A DNA stretch of 64,000 nt from Candidatus Saccharimonadota bacterium (GCA_016176605.1 JACOWW010000003.1:30138-94137), one strand, 5' to 3'. Counted from the first letter of the stretch, positions 16,852-26,668 are shown. Notes: generated by a model not told the origin, from the sequence alone. Made by a program: numbers and translations.

Positions 16852-17578
16852 ATCTGCTATAACGTTCTATGACCAGATAGCGCCCTTCTATTCTCAGGAG
16901 CTAGCGGCTAGGGCAGAATATGTTGGTTCGATCAATAGACTAGTGATTGAAGCACTTTCGAGATCAGGGAGTTCAAAAATAATTGATATTGGATGTGGAA
17001 ATGGCGAACGTGCAAGAACCATAGCAGATAATTTAGATGGTGTTGAAATAACAGGAATAGATACTAGCGCTGAGATGGCAAAACAGGCAAGTTTATACGA
17101 TATTAATGTAATCAACATTGACATAGCCCAAGAGCTCACCCAAGACGATGTAGATTCAGTAGGCGGAAATGATGCCGCTCTTTGCTTATGGAATGTATTA
17201 GGACACATAAAAGAGGCAAAGAGACAAGTGGCGTTAATGAATATGAAGCGTTTACTAGATCCGAACGGACAATTAATGATTGATGTTAATAATCGTCATA
17301 ACCGAGCAGCTTATGGTCTAAGGCCTGCCCTGCGAAACACACTGAAAGACTTTGTATCACGAAACGATAATCGCCACGGTGATTTCCCAATAAGTAGAAA
17401 CGTGGGTGAAAAAACAATTGCTACCGAAACCCACATTTTTTCTTGGCGCGAGCTATTATTGCTATTAGAAAAATCTGGTTTTAATGTGCTGGAAACATAT
17501 AGCGTTAATTACGAAACTGGTGAGATTGAGTGGTTAAAATCAGCCGGACAAATTTTTATAATCGCTGAGAAAGGATAA
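16829..17578 (+). CDS. Class I SAM-dependent methyltransferase
   Basis: IIDIGCGNGERA motif I. ATG at 16829 preferred. Overlaps the aminotransferase 3' end. Confidence 0.7.
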   Translation: MMQSPLLESAITFYDQIAPFYSQELAARAEYVGSINRLVIEALSRSGSSKIIDIGCGNGERARTIADNLDGVEITGIDTSAEMAKQASLYDINVINIDIAQELTQDDVDSVGGNDAALCLWNVLGHIKEAKRQVALMNMKRLLDPNGQLMIDVNNRHNRAAYGLRPALRNTLKDFVSRNDNRHGDFPISRNVGEKTIATETHIFSWRELLLLLEKSGFNVLETYSVNYETGEIEWLKSAGQIFIIAEKG

Positions 17579-17579
17579 T

Positions 17580-18773
17580 ATGCGAGTGTTGGAAGTTTGT
17601 TCATTATATTCGCCCCATGCCGGTGGGGTTGAAACCATGACCCAAGAACTTAATAAACGCATATATGCCGATGGCCATGAGGTTGTAGTGTTAACTAAAA
17701 AATGGCCTGATACCTTACTTGGACATGAAATAATTAATGACGTACCCGTATACCGGCTTCTACCCGCCAATGCTCAAAGCGATTATGAAGCGCTAGCTCG
17801 ATCGACTGCAGATTTAGCGACTGTACTTGCGCCTGACGTTATACATACAATTGGTGTCCGCAGACCTATGCCGATGATTGCTTTGATGCTTGGTCGTCGA
17901 TATCAAGTGCCTGTGCTAGGTACAGTTGTTGGATCTGAGGTACCTGATGTTTATGATACTTCAAATAACTGGATATGGGAGTCAGGTAAAGAAAATATAA
18001 AGCCGTCGCTATTACAATTTGATGTAGTTAATGCGGTCTCAAGAGCAATTGCGACAAACACGATTAGAGTTTTACCTGAGCTGGAGACTGTAGATGTTTT
18101 ACCTGTTGGAATTGATAGTTCCGCATATGATACTATCCCACCTTCCGAAAAATACTTAGCGGGATCATATATTTTTTCCCTTCGTCGTCTAGAATATTCG
18201 AAAGGTGTTGACCTATTGATTGATGCTTATGCATCTTTGATTCAAGAAGGAATTTCATTAGACTTAGTTATCGCCGGGGAGGGGCCCGAAGAGCAAACGC
18301 TACGACATCAAGTAGAGATGTTGGGCATTACAGAGAAGGTCCATTTTTTAGGCAAAGTAGCTCTTGATAATGGTATAGGACTACTTAAATCAGCAGCTAT
18401 GACGGTTGTCCCCTCGCGCTCTGAGGGGGGAGGCCTAATAAACACAGAGGCTAACGCTGTAGGTTGTCCGCTTATCGCAACAGATGTAGGAGGTATCCGT
18501 GAATATACCTCGGGTGATGCCAGTTTCTTGATAGAACCCAATTCTCCAAATGCCATTAAAAAGGCTATAAAGCAAGTATTGGATGATAGAAATTGCACTG
18601 AGAGCAAGGTTCTAGAAGGCAGAAGAATCTCTCGGACGCTTGATTGGGATATAGTCTATGATAGATATAAAGAACTGTATGAAGGGTCTGTCGCTAGTTA
18701 CATACCTCGAGATTTTGTGCCTTGGTCTTCCCAGTCACAACGTCTTAACGAAATTATTGCTGGAACCCCATAA
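17580..18773 (+). CDS. GT-B glycosyltransferase (family 4/1)
   Basis: PSRSEGGGLINTEANAVGCPLIATDVGGIREY, an E-x7-E type C-terminal motif. Confidence 0.8.
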   Translation: MRVLEVCSLYSPHAGGVETMTQELNKRIYADGHEVVVLTKKWPDTLLGHEIINDVPVYRLLPANAQSDYEALARSTADLATVLAPDVIHTIGVRRPMPMIALMLGRRYQVPVLGTVVGSEVPDVYDTSNNWIWESGKENIKPSLLQFDVVNAVSRAIATNTIRVLPELETVDVLPVGIDSSAYDTIPPSEKYLAGSYIFSLRRLEYSKGVDLLIDAYASLIQEGISLDLVIAGEGPEEQTLRHQVEMLGITEKVHFLGKVALDNGIGLLKSAAMTVVPSRSEGGGLINTEANAVGCPLIATDVGGIREYTSGDASFLIEPNSPNAIKKAIKQVLDDRNCTESKVLEGRRISRTLDWDIVYDRYKELYEGSVASYIPRDFVPWSSQSQRLNEIIAGTP

Positions 18774-18781
18774 TAATCAAT

Positions 18782-19720
18782 ATGACAGCTAGTACTCGAA
18801 GTGATTTGGTCAAACTTTTAGATTCACGTCTATCTATTCCAAATACGAATTTGGAAACCGTCCAAGAGAATGACTATAACCTTATATACCGCTACCGGTA
18901 TAAAAATCAAAACTACGTAGTACGCTTAAGTTTGAAGAAAAGCTGTGAAGAGCTTAAGTTTGAAGTTAAGATACTTGAACACTTAAAGAAATATCGCCTC
19001 CCGGTGCCCGCCATATATGAAGTTGACAAACTGGGCAGAAACCCTTTGATGATAATGGAATTCGTGGAAGGATTTCATATTACTAAAGAAAGTGTATCGA
19101 GGACTCTATTTTTAAGATGTTCCAAAAACGCCGGCAGAGTATTGGCAAAAATCCATGTTGCAGGTATAGATTTCAAAAACAATAGTAGTACGGCTACAGT
19201 ACGCCCTCTGAAGGAGATTAATCTAGCGTTGAGCCGAAAAGCCGAAATAAATAGATCATTTTTAGATGGAGATCAGTTTATCAAAGATTTAGTATGGGCT
19301 ACAAATTTCTATAAAGAGACCAAGAACAGTCGAAAAACCATTCTCCATAATGACTATCGACCACAAAATTTACTCTTTAACCAGTCAAATGAAGTGGCGG
19401 CAGTTTTAGATTTTGACTGGGCGTATATAAGTTCAAGTTCTATAAAGGACGTTGCTCACTCTGTTCTTGAATGGTCAATGCCTGATAATCAAATTGTTTG
19501 GGACATGAGAGTAATTAAGGCTTTCTTAACCGGCTATAATAGTTCGTCAATTGAGAAGATAGTTCTAGATAAAACATTATTAGACTGGATGAAATTTTCT
19601 GCATTAAGCGATGCCGCAACATATATCACCAGAACGATGCAACCAGGAAAAACAACAAGGATAAATTCGTATATGTACGAGAAGTTCAAGCTTATAAAGG
19701 TCTTAAGGGGAAAATTATGA
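18782..19720 (+). CDS. APH/choline-kinase-family phosphotransferase
   Basis: ILHNDYRPQNLLF (catalytic loop) and VLDFDWAY (DFD metal-binding motif). Confidence 0.65.
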   Translation: MTASTRSDLVKLLDSRLSIPNTNLETVQENDYNLIYRYRYKNQNYVVRLSLKKSCEELKFEVKILEHLKKYRLPVPAIYEVDKLGRNPLMIMEFVEGFHITKESVSRTLFLRCSKNAGRVLAKIHVAGIDFKNNSSTATVRPLKEINLALSRKAEINRSFLDGDQFIKDLVWATNFYKETKNSRKTILHNDYRPQNLLFNQSNEVAAVLDFDWAYISSSSIKDVAHSVLEWSMPDNQIVWDMRVIKAFLTGYNSSSIEKIVLDKTLLDWMKFSALSDAATYITRTMQPGKTTRINSYMYEKFKLIKVLRGKL

Positions 19721-20688
19721 ATTGCTTTTTATACCTAGAAGGCCTGAAAGAACTCTCGATTAGGTTGCGCGGGGATGAAAAAATACATTTAGGAATAAGA
19801 CCTTACCAGTTCCATGCCGGAAACATATTGAGCATTGGTGCATACCCATATCTTCTATGTGAGGAGGTCAAGAAGTTGGGAAAAACGCCAAGATTTACAT
19901 TTATCATTTCTCTAAACGACTGGGAGCAAGATGAACTAGTGGGTGAAGATATATATCGATACATTTTTGATGTCAGGCCAAAGCATACAACCATACAACA
20001 TCTAAAAGCCGACAATGGCGAGAATATGACTGACCATTGGGAGACCAAAATCAAACATGAATTAAAGCTCATAATTCAAGATTTCCCTGAAGTAAAAATA
20101 GGATATGTTCGTAATTCTGAGCTTAGGTATCACCCGTTAATGCAGGAGGCGTTAATACACACTCTCAATAATAGGCACAAACACAAGGAAATACTACTAA
20201 AGTATTCTAAAAAACCAACAAATGGAACAGATACGCGATTTGCCAATGCTGTCTGTGATAAGTGCTATAACATAGACACAGAGAGCGAGGTGTTACCAAA
20301 AAAACTCATCAGATTAACCTGTACTGAATGCGGTAAAAACGCAATTGGTTCGATACTTAGTTTTAACTACTGGTTTTATCATAAGGAGCTTTTTTCGGCT
20401 CGACTGGCAATTCTTCGTTTTGATGTTTCTATAAGTGGTAGTGACCATTATGCTGAGGGTGATTATGCTACACGTAAAGCCCTTTATGAGTTAATTTATG
20501 AGAAACCCTTCCCGAATTTGAAGATGTTGTTTGCGCCAATATTACTTTCTGATGATGGTCAAAAAATGAGTAAATCAAGAGATAATTATAAATATATACC
20601 CCTTGGAACTATCCTTTCATACGCTAGGACCAACATTAACTCAAGTTTATCTCTGAATAATGCTTCAATAGAAGCTCTATTGAGATGA
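19717..20688 (+). CDS. Truncated class-I lysyl-tRNA-synthetase-like protein (catalytic domain only)
   Basis: HIGH-type motif FHAGN, Cys cluster CDKC...CTEC, SGSDHYAEGDY, and KMSKS (QKMSKSRDN). At 323 aa there is no room for an anticodon-binding domain. Confidence 0.55.
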   Translation: MNCFLYLEGLKELSIRLRGDEKIHLGIRPYQFHAGNILSIGAYPYLLCEEVKKLGKTPRFTFIISLNDWEQDELVGEDIYRYIFDVRPKHTTIQHLKADNGENMTDHWETKIKHELKLIIQDFPEVKIGYVRNSELRYHPLMQEALIHTLNNRHKHKEILLKYSKKPTNGTDTRFANAVCDKCYNIDTESEVLPKKLIRLTCTECGKNAIGSILSFNYWFYHKELFSARLAILRFDVSISGSDHYAEGDYATRKALYELIYEKPFPNLKMLFAPILLSDDGQKMSKSRDNYKYIPLGTILSYARTNINSSLSLNNASIEALLR

Positions 20689-21815
20689 AAAAATATGTTT
20701 TTGTGGCAAATGACTTCGGGTTCGGCCCGATATCACGAGCATTAACTGTCGCTCAAACAATTAAAAAGAAATCTGTTAGTCAAGATGTGAATATTTCGTT
20801 TATTACATCCGGCTTTAGCGACCATTTAATTGATCCTGAGTTTAAAATAATAAAAGTTGCTAATTTAAGGTGTGTTAACAATTTAAGAAAAGTCTTGTCT
20901 GGTCTGGATGATTGTTCAATCATTGTAAGTTCCGCTAATCGTTTTGCATTAACAGTGAGTAAACAGCTAGGACTTAAGACTATTCTTCTAGATGGACTTT
21001 ATTGGTTTTGGCAGAAAAGGCCTAGTGAATATGAAACGGCAGATATTGAGATTTGCTGTGTCCTTCCTTGGCTGGTTGATGAATTTAAATACAAACACAA
21101 AGACAAGATTATCGTTGCGTCACCAATCGAAGTGCCCGCTCACGGACTTGAAAGAAATTCTGTTGCATGGGACAGTACCTTTAATATAGGAGGCTATGTA
21201 AACCCCTTCCATCATCACAGTCATGATGTTTATCTAGATCTCTTAGGAATTGCCTTAAATACAATGCAAAAAAATAATGGCACAATTCTAGTAGCCACTA
21301 GTGAGTATTGCAGGGATTATCTGCAAGAAAATCACCGTTTTGCGAAATCGATCACTTTACAATGCCCTAATAAAGATGAATATCAGGCAATACTTCAAGA
21401 GACTAAGTCTGTATGGCTTAATGGCGGCAGCAACTCTATTTTAGAGGTCCTGGCTTTAGAAATACCTTTTTATTTATTTATGCCCTCAAATTTAAGCCAA
21501 TATAATCTAATTAGCAATATATCTGAATACTTAACTATTCCTGTAGAGAACTTGTGTCCTTTGCTTAGTTATATGAGTAATCACAATCAGTTAAAAGACT
21601 GCGAGAGTGAAGAAGAGGCAATAAAAATAATCGCTGATATGATTAGCAGGCTAATACTTAAAATTATGCCCGAAAATCTGGATCAGCTTATATGGAGTTT
21701 GTACTCTAAGAGTTCAAGTCTTCTAGATAATCAACAAGGGGTAGTAAAACTTCGCAAAGAAGCTCAAAAATCTTTAACCTCATCAGGAATGATCGCTGAT
21801 ATTATTATGAGCTAG
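20685..21815 (+). CDS. Putative GT-B fold glycosyltransferase (GT1/GT28-like C-terminal half)
   Basis: LNGGSNSILEVLALEIPFYLFMP resembles the nucleotide-sugar binding helix of MurG/GT1 enzymes. The N-terminal half is unassigned. Confidence 0.4.
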   Translation: MKKYVFVANDFGFGPISRALTVAQTIKKKSVSQDVNISFITSGFSDHLIDPEFKIIKVANLRCVNNLRKVLSGLDDCSIIVSSANRFALTVSKQLGLKTILLDGLYWFWQKRPSEYETADIEICCVLPWLVDEFKYKHKDKIIVASPIEVPAHGLERNSVAWDSTFNIGGYVNPFHHHSHDVYLDLLGIALNTMQKNNGTILVATSEYCRDYLQENHRFAKSITLQCPNKDEYQAILQETKSVWLNGGSNSILEVLALEIPFYLFMPSNLSQYNLISNISEYLTIPVENLCPLLSYMSNHNQLKDCESEEEAIKIIADMISRLILKIMPENLDQLIWSLYSKSSSLLDNQQGVVKLRKEAQKSLTSSGMIADIIMS

Positions 21816-22097
21816 TGCTAAAGTTTTAGATTAATTTACTGACTAACGTTTAATGTTGTTCTGCAGTTTTGGTCATCAGTATGTGAGGGTAATTTTTTGG
21901 TCTGCTGAATCAACCCTTACCATATTGCCCACTGGCAAGACGATCTGCGGGTCAGTGTGCCCAAAGTCTAGGTTTCGCACCACTGGAATTTGTTCGGGCC
22001 TACTTCATCTGCCTATGGTTGACTACAAAGGCTGAATCGGGCAGAAAATGGGATAGGTTAATAAAGAACTTAAAGATAGTGAAAAAAGCTTGAGCGT

Positions 22098-23651
22098 TTG
22101 CCAAGCTGGTTATTTCGTCCGATAATAAATAATAGTGTGAGTGAGAATCTACAGGAAAATCTAGAGGTCCCTTATGCGACTGCGGGAAAAGCTAGCGAGA
22201 TTTCAAAAGCAAGGCGCTATAATTCCCTGGCCCGCTGGGCTGGTACGTTTGTTTTGGCGGCAACTATTGCTGTAGGTGTTGGCGAAAAAACTAACAGAGC
22301 CGCGGCAGGAATGCGCATAACTGGTGGAGAAGATATAGCCTTTCATAAAGGGCCGGCCGGAGTAGACGATTCGGCTAGTGTCGAATTGGCGAATAGCCAG
22401 GTTCTGGAACGTTCTACGGTTGACAGACCGGACGATATTACCGGCGAGCAAGTCCACTTTATTTATGCTGCACCAAAAGATCGGACAGATTTAACAGGGG
22501 ATACAGACGGTCGCGTGGATAGGATTATAGATGATGCACAGTATTTTCTGGACACTAGAGGCGAGGAAGGATTACGTCTTCGAGTAGACACATACCAGGG
22601 TCAGCCTGATATATCTTACATGCAACTAGACAAGACGCAGGCAGAAATTTCATCTATGCCGTCACTTAGTATATTTAATTACGTTATCGAACAGGCGCAC
22701 CAAAGAAGTTTTAGTGACCCCCGAAAAGATAAAATCTACAATGTACTTCTTGGTGGCGTTTCATCTTACCAAAGTCTGTGCGGAGGCAACTACTGGGATA
22801 GTAAGGACGTAGCTCTTGCATACTTGGATAAACAGGAATGCGATTTTAACTATGGGGGAGTAAGTACTCTAGCCTTAACCACATCAAAAAATATTATTCA
22901 AACCATTGGATACCCAAGAACTTGCGCTCAGAATTTTATAGAGGGTGGAAAAATCAATGATTCCCTTGATCTTCTAGCCAACAGGCAAACCAGTGAGTGG
23001 TGGAAGCTAAGAATAGATTCTGATCACAATGATTATTTACGGGCGCCTAACTGCCCGGGCATTGAAACAAGCGGTTTGATGTCCTGGCCACTTAACTCCG
23101 CGAAGAATGGTAATGGAACAATTATTTATTTTAAGAAAAATGCTGACGGGCAGCGTGTTCCTACCACTTTAGACCCCGGAAACCGTTTGCGAGGAGGATC
23201 TGATATTGAAGCTGAATATATCCCTGTCACAGGAGAGAAATTTATTGGTTGGAGCGGTGATTGCAATGATACAGAGGCTCGGGTCTGTGAGTTCTTAGTT
23301 GACAAAGTAATTGACATCCAGGCCAAGGTCGAAAAAACTACCCTTTCCCCACCCAAGGGAGGTTACAGATTGACAGCTACAAGTGAGGGGCCCGGACAAT
23401 TTGAGTGGCTTAAAAAACTAAGGAAGCAGGTGGACTATATTTTTAAGAAAAGTGGCGCTTTGGTGGTGTTAAAACTGGTGCCGGATAATAAAAACTCGGC
23501 TTTAAAGAGTGTCAGCGGCTGTGATAACCAGCAGCTAGACAAGCCTGGTGCCAAAAAATCCGGTGTTTGCTACGAAAAGATTGACCATAAGCTAGAGAGA
23601 ATAAGAGCTGTTTTCGTCAAAGTACCGGTTGTCAGCAAGTTTACTAGCTAA
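22098..23651 (+). CDS. Hypothetical membrane-anchored/secreted protein (517 aa; start uncertain)
   Basis: N-terminal TM segment (WAGTFVLAATIAVGV). C-terminal FIGWSGDC..CEF pattern as in bacterial repeat (Flg_new-like) domains. Confidence 0.45.
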   Translation: MPSWLFRPIINNSVSENLQENLEVPYATAGKASEISKARRYNSLARWAGTFVLAATIAVGVGEKTNRAAAGMRITGGEDIAFHKGPAGVDDSASVELANSQVLERSTVDRPDDITGEQVHFIYAAPKDRTDLTGDTDGRVDRIIDDAQYFLDTRGEEGLRLRVDTYQGQPDISYMQLDKTQAEISSMPSLSIFNYVIEQAHQRSFSDPRKDKIYNVLLGGVSSYQSLCGGNYWDSKDVALAYLDKQECDFNYGGVSTLALTTSKNIIQTIGYPRTCAQNFIEGGKINDSLDLLANRQTSEWWKLRIDSDHNDYLRAPNCPGIETSGLMSWPLNSAKNGNGTIIYFKKNADGQRVPTTLDPGNRLRGGSDIEAEYIPVTGEKFIGWSGDCNDTEARVCEFLVDKVIDIQAKVEKTTLSPPKGGYRLTATSEGPGQFEWLKKLRKQVDYIFKKSGALVVLKLVPDNKNSALKSVSGCDNQQLDKPGAKKSGVCYEKIDHKLERIRAVFVKVPVVSKFTS

Positions 23652-23652
23652 G

Positions 23653-24498
23653 TTATTGATCTATTTTGAGGCTGTCTATCACCTGTTGCCAAACATCTTG
23701 GTTGCGCTGCCAGTTATAGTCGGCTGTAGCAACCATAAAGTAATAAAACGTCCTCTTGCCGACGGCGAACACGAACTTACCTTTCAGATCGGCGTATTTA
23801 CCGGCTGTTTCGCCGGCCCGAAAGTTAGCCTGCCAAGCGTTTTGCTTAATATTTGTTGTAGTTAACGGCACCAGTGCTTGCATTTCAATTTTTAGTTGTT
23901 TTGGAGTGAAAGCTTGCAAAAACTTTTTAAAGGAATCCGCCATGTTTTGATAATCCTTATTATTGGGGTCTTTTAATATTTGGCCGAGGCTCGTAACGTA
24001 GCTATCACTGGCGGCTAAGGCGCTTTGAAGAGATGACATAGCCATATAGGTTAATCCAAACTCTGAGTCCCCCTTAGACACAGTATGTACAAAATAAGCG
24101 CTGGCTAGCCCCTGGGTTTCTTTTTTATCAAGCAACTTGAGTTCTGCAGGTTTTTTGAAACTGACGGCAGCTCCTTGGAGTTTGCTGGGTAGTTTATAAT
24201 CTTCGAGGGTACTATAAGAATATTTGTGCAGCTGGGCAACAAAATAAACGTTGTAAATTTTAAGGTAAACCAGTGCACCGATTAGAGTCACAACAACTAA
24301 AGCGGCTGCCAGCCTATAAAAAGTTGGTTGTTTGGACTTTATCGCTCGAACAATCAAATAAATTACAGCGACTAACCCCAGCGGCGGAAGCAGCAGCCCG
24401 GCAAGCAAGAGTAGCCGCCGGAATTTTGTTCCAATAATAGACGGGGTTTTTTGCGTACTGTCATTTACGATTGGTTGATTTTGCTGGTCTGGCAGCAT
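23653..24498 (-). CDS. Hypothetical membrane-anchored protein (281 aa)
   Basis: ORF with two N-terminal TM segments. No recognised motif. Confidence 0.45.
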   Translation of the reverse strand: MLPDQQNQPIVNDSTQKTPSIIGTKFRRLLLLAGLLLPPLGLVAVIYLIVRAIKSKQPTFYRLAAALVVVTLIGALVYLKIYNVYFVAQLHKYSYSTLEDYKLPSKLQGAAVSFKKPAELKLLDKKETQGLASAYFVHTVSKGDSEFGLTYMAMSSLQSALAASDSYVTSLGQILKDPNNKDYQNMADSFKKFLQAFTPKQLKIEMQALVPLTTTNIKQNAWQANFRAGETAGKYADLKGKFVFAVGKRTFYYFMVATADYNWQRNQDVWQQVIDSLKIDQ

Positions 24499-24520
24499 TA
24501 TTTAATACCCTCTTCTAGAT

Positions 24521-26668
24521 TTAATCGCATGCCCACCTACCAAAGTAAAGCATTACGCCGAAGTTATTAAGCGAGCGTTGCTGCAACGCGCAACCATTAA
24601 CAAATGTAGGTGGGGGTGGGGGTGGGGATGGAGGGGGTGGAGGTGGAGGCGTTGCTGGCCGCCAGGCATCATCGGGCGCAGGTGGAGGAGGCGGGGGTGT
24701 ATAGGTTGGCTGAGGATTATAATTTGTGATTGGTTGGCAATTACCGGGGGAACCTTGCAGACCTTGGGATTCGCATGACGGTTGGTTAGGCTGATTTGTA
24801 TCCGAAGGGTTTGATGCCACGCATTGGCCGGTATCGAGAGTGAACCAATTAGAGTAGCCGCCGCAGCCGCCGGTTGTGGAAACGCACCGGCCATCACTCC
24901 CCCTAGAAAAACCCTGGGCGCAATTGCTGGATGAGATTGGCGTCGATCCAGTGCAATCCCTGACGGAAGCGGAGGCATAACCCCTGTAACTTATATCACT
25001 CAAGGTAGTAACCTTACAGCCTTCTGAATCGTAGTATGTGTTCCAGACGCCGCCTTGGTTGGAGTTAGTACAATCGCCCCACTGTTTTTCGGCATTATAA
25101 ATTGTACAAACGATATCTCCACCGCCTCCGCCGGCGCTAGTGCTACCACTACCACCGCTGGAGCCGGTGCCGCCGGTGCCGCTACCAGAACTGGTCGGAG
25201 CATTGCAGTTAGGTGGAGTTCCGGTGGTGCCAGAGGGGCAAGCCGGTGGCTGACCCGGGCCAGCCACAGCAACGTCTTTTTGGGCGCTGGCTTGACTGGA
25301 ACCTTTCGTACAGGTGATCTTAAATGCGTACGTTTGCGGACCGCTTAAGGCAATTGATTGTTCACTGCCGCCGGCCGGCGCCTTTGCGCCACTCCAGCCG
25401 CCGCTGGCTGGCGTTGTAGTTGCGGCGCAAGAGTCCGGCGAGCCGGTTGTAGTCCACGTTAATGTAACCTTTTCGTTATTGGAAATAGCGTTTTTATCTA
25501 CATTTAAAGTTACGGTGGTGCCGCTAGCGCCAGCCGGAGCTGCTCCAGCTTTAAGGTCCAACTCACAGATTTCACGACTGCTAATGTCAATGAAGACTGG
25601 CTGGTTTATATCTGTGGGCGCTATTAGCCGTTTACAAATTTGGTTGGAACTACGCAAGGCGAATTCCGGTATAGCATTTTCGTCAGGGCTGATGTTGTAG
25701 TCGCGACCAGTAGAAATGCCGCTGGAATCTATCCGCGCCTGCAACCGCTTGACAGCATTACCGGATTTAGCGGTAGCGTCAATTACTGATTGGACATCGA
25801 TGAATTTAAGTACGTTGTTGCTAGAGTCATTAGCCTTTATCTTGACGTTAGTTTGGTTATAAATCGGCGTCAGGCGGACGTAATAATAGTCCGCCGCCGC
25901 CAGGCCGTTGATGATTACGTTACAGTTATAATCGGCCGAGCCTTTAAAGTTACCGGTACTTGGGTTATTCTTGCCGCATTCAATTTTTTGCAAGCCTTCC
26001 GAGCCGTAAGCGACAGTACTTAGCGTGTCATTGGTTTTGGGATTCGGATAAAAGAAATAAGTTTTAGAACCACTGCGGGCGCTATCCAGCGAACCACCTG
26101 TCCCAATTGGGTATAAGCTGACGCGCAGTACCGGCTCGTATTTGTCCAGGCTCCACTTCTTTTCACTGTAGAAAGTTTGGCCGCCTGGCAGTTGGTCAAA
26201 GGTGCGGTCATAACTTTCCCAAGAAAACATGACACTACCGCCACTTACAGACGCCGAGGTCGTCATTTTGATAACTTGCGAGCTTAGCGGCGGCAGTTTT
26301 TGATATACAAGATCAGACGGTGTAGGGTCAATTAATATACAGGTGTACTTGGTATCTTCCGACAGCTTAGCGGCATCTTTTAGCTGCCCGCTGCCAATTA
26401 AGGTATTACAGTCAGTCACGGCTTCGGCCGGGTTTTGCTTGGCATAAGCAATGGCATCGTTGACGGCCGAGCGGGCCGCATAGTTGGCGGCGGCGCTAAT
26501 CGAGCTGGTAGTTGATTGCTGCAGGGAGCGGTTCATCAGCTTGGAAAAACCAATAGCTACTAAACTCATGACAACCACCAAGACTGACACCACGACTATA
26601 GAGGCAATACCGTACTCTTTGTTTTTCACAAAGCCGGACCTCTTAATCCAGTTAAGCATTAGCTTCAT
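24521..26668 (-). CDS. Large PilX-N-like pilus-associated protein with Ig-like, Gly/Ser-rich, Cys-rich and poly-Pro regions
   Basis: N-terminus KEYGIASIVVVSVLVVVMSLVAIGF resembles the PilX N-terminal segment. C-terminus has PPPPPPAP...PPPPPPPSPPPPPP. The ATG at 26668 overlaps the upstream stop (TAATG). Confidence 0.5.
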   Translation of the reverse strand: MKLMLNWIKRSGFVKNKEYGIASIVVVSVLVVVMSLVAIGFSKLMNRSLQQSTTSSISAAANYAARSAVNDAIAYAKQNPAEAVTDCNTLIGSGQLKDAAKLSEDTKYTCILIDPTPSDLVYQKLPPLSSQVIKMTTSASVSGGSVMFSWESYDRTFDQLPGGQTFYSEKKWSLDKYEPVLRVSLYPIGTGGSLDSARSGSKTYFFYPNPKTNDTLSTVAYGSEGLQKIECGKNNPSTGNFKGSADYNCNVIINGLAAADYYYVRLTPIYNQTNVKIKANDSSNNVLKFIDVQSVIDATAKSGNAVKRLQARIDSSGISTGRDYNISPDENAIPEFALRSSNQICKRLIAPTDINQPVFIDISSREICELDLKAGAAPAGASGTTVTLNVDKNAISNNEKVTLTWTTTGSPDSCAATTTPASGGWSGAKAPAGGSEQSIALSGPQTYAFKITCTKGSSQASAQKDVAVAGPGQPPACPSGTTGTPPNCNAPTSSGSGTGGTGSSGGSGSTSAGGGGGDIVCTIYNAEKQWGDCTNSNQGGVWNTYYDSEGCKVTTLSDISYRGYASASVRDCTGSTPISSSNCAQGFSRGSDGRCVSTTGGCGGYSNWFTLDTGQCVASNPSDTNQPNQPSCESQGLQGSPGNCQPITNYNPQPTYTPPPPPPAPDDAWRPATPPPPPPPSPPPPPPTFVNGCALQQRSLNNFGVMLYFGRWACD

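Noticed and set aside
20685-21815. The unassigned GT-B-like protein as an EarP-type EF-P arginine rhamnosyltransferase
   Set aside because: Only a vague N-terminal resemblance (VANDFGFGPIS versus the EarP VVDNYGDIGV) was seen. The C-terminal half looks like generic GT1/GT28. There are no dTDP-rhamnose genes and no linkage to efp.
21853-22035. 60-aa ORF in the spacer after the AT-rich island
   Set aside because: It has no SD and an odd composition (Cys/Phe-rich), and lies in a region more likely to hold the promoter of the 22098 gene.
24553-25700. Several 90-140-aa ORFs in other frames or strands inside the PilX-like gene (and similar antisense ORFs inside tgt, GT2, pilB, pilT, ftsK, rnj, pnp)
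   Set aside because: They are shadow ORFs produced by GC-rich or low-complexity coding sequence. Each is fully nested in a longer ORF with recognisable protein motifs.
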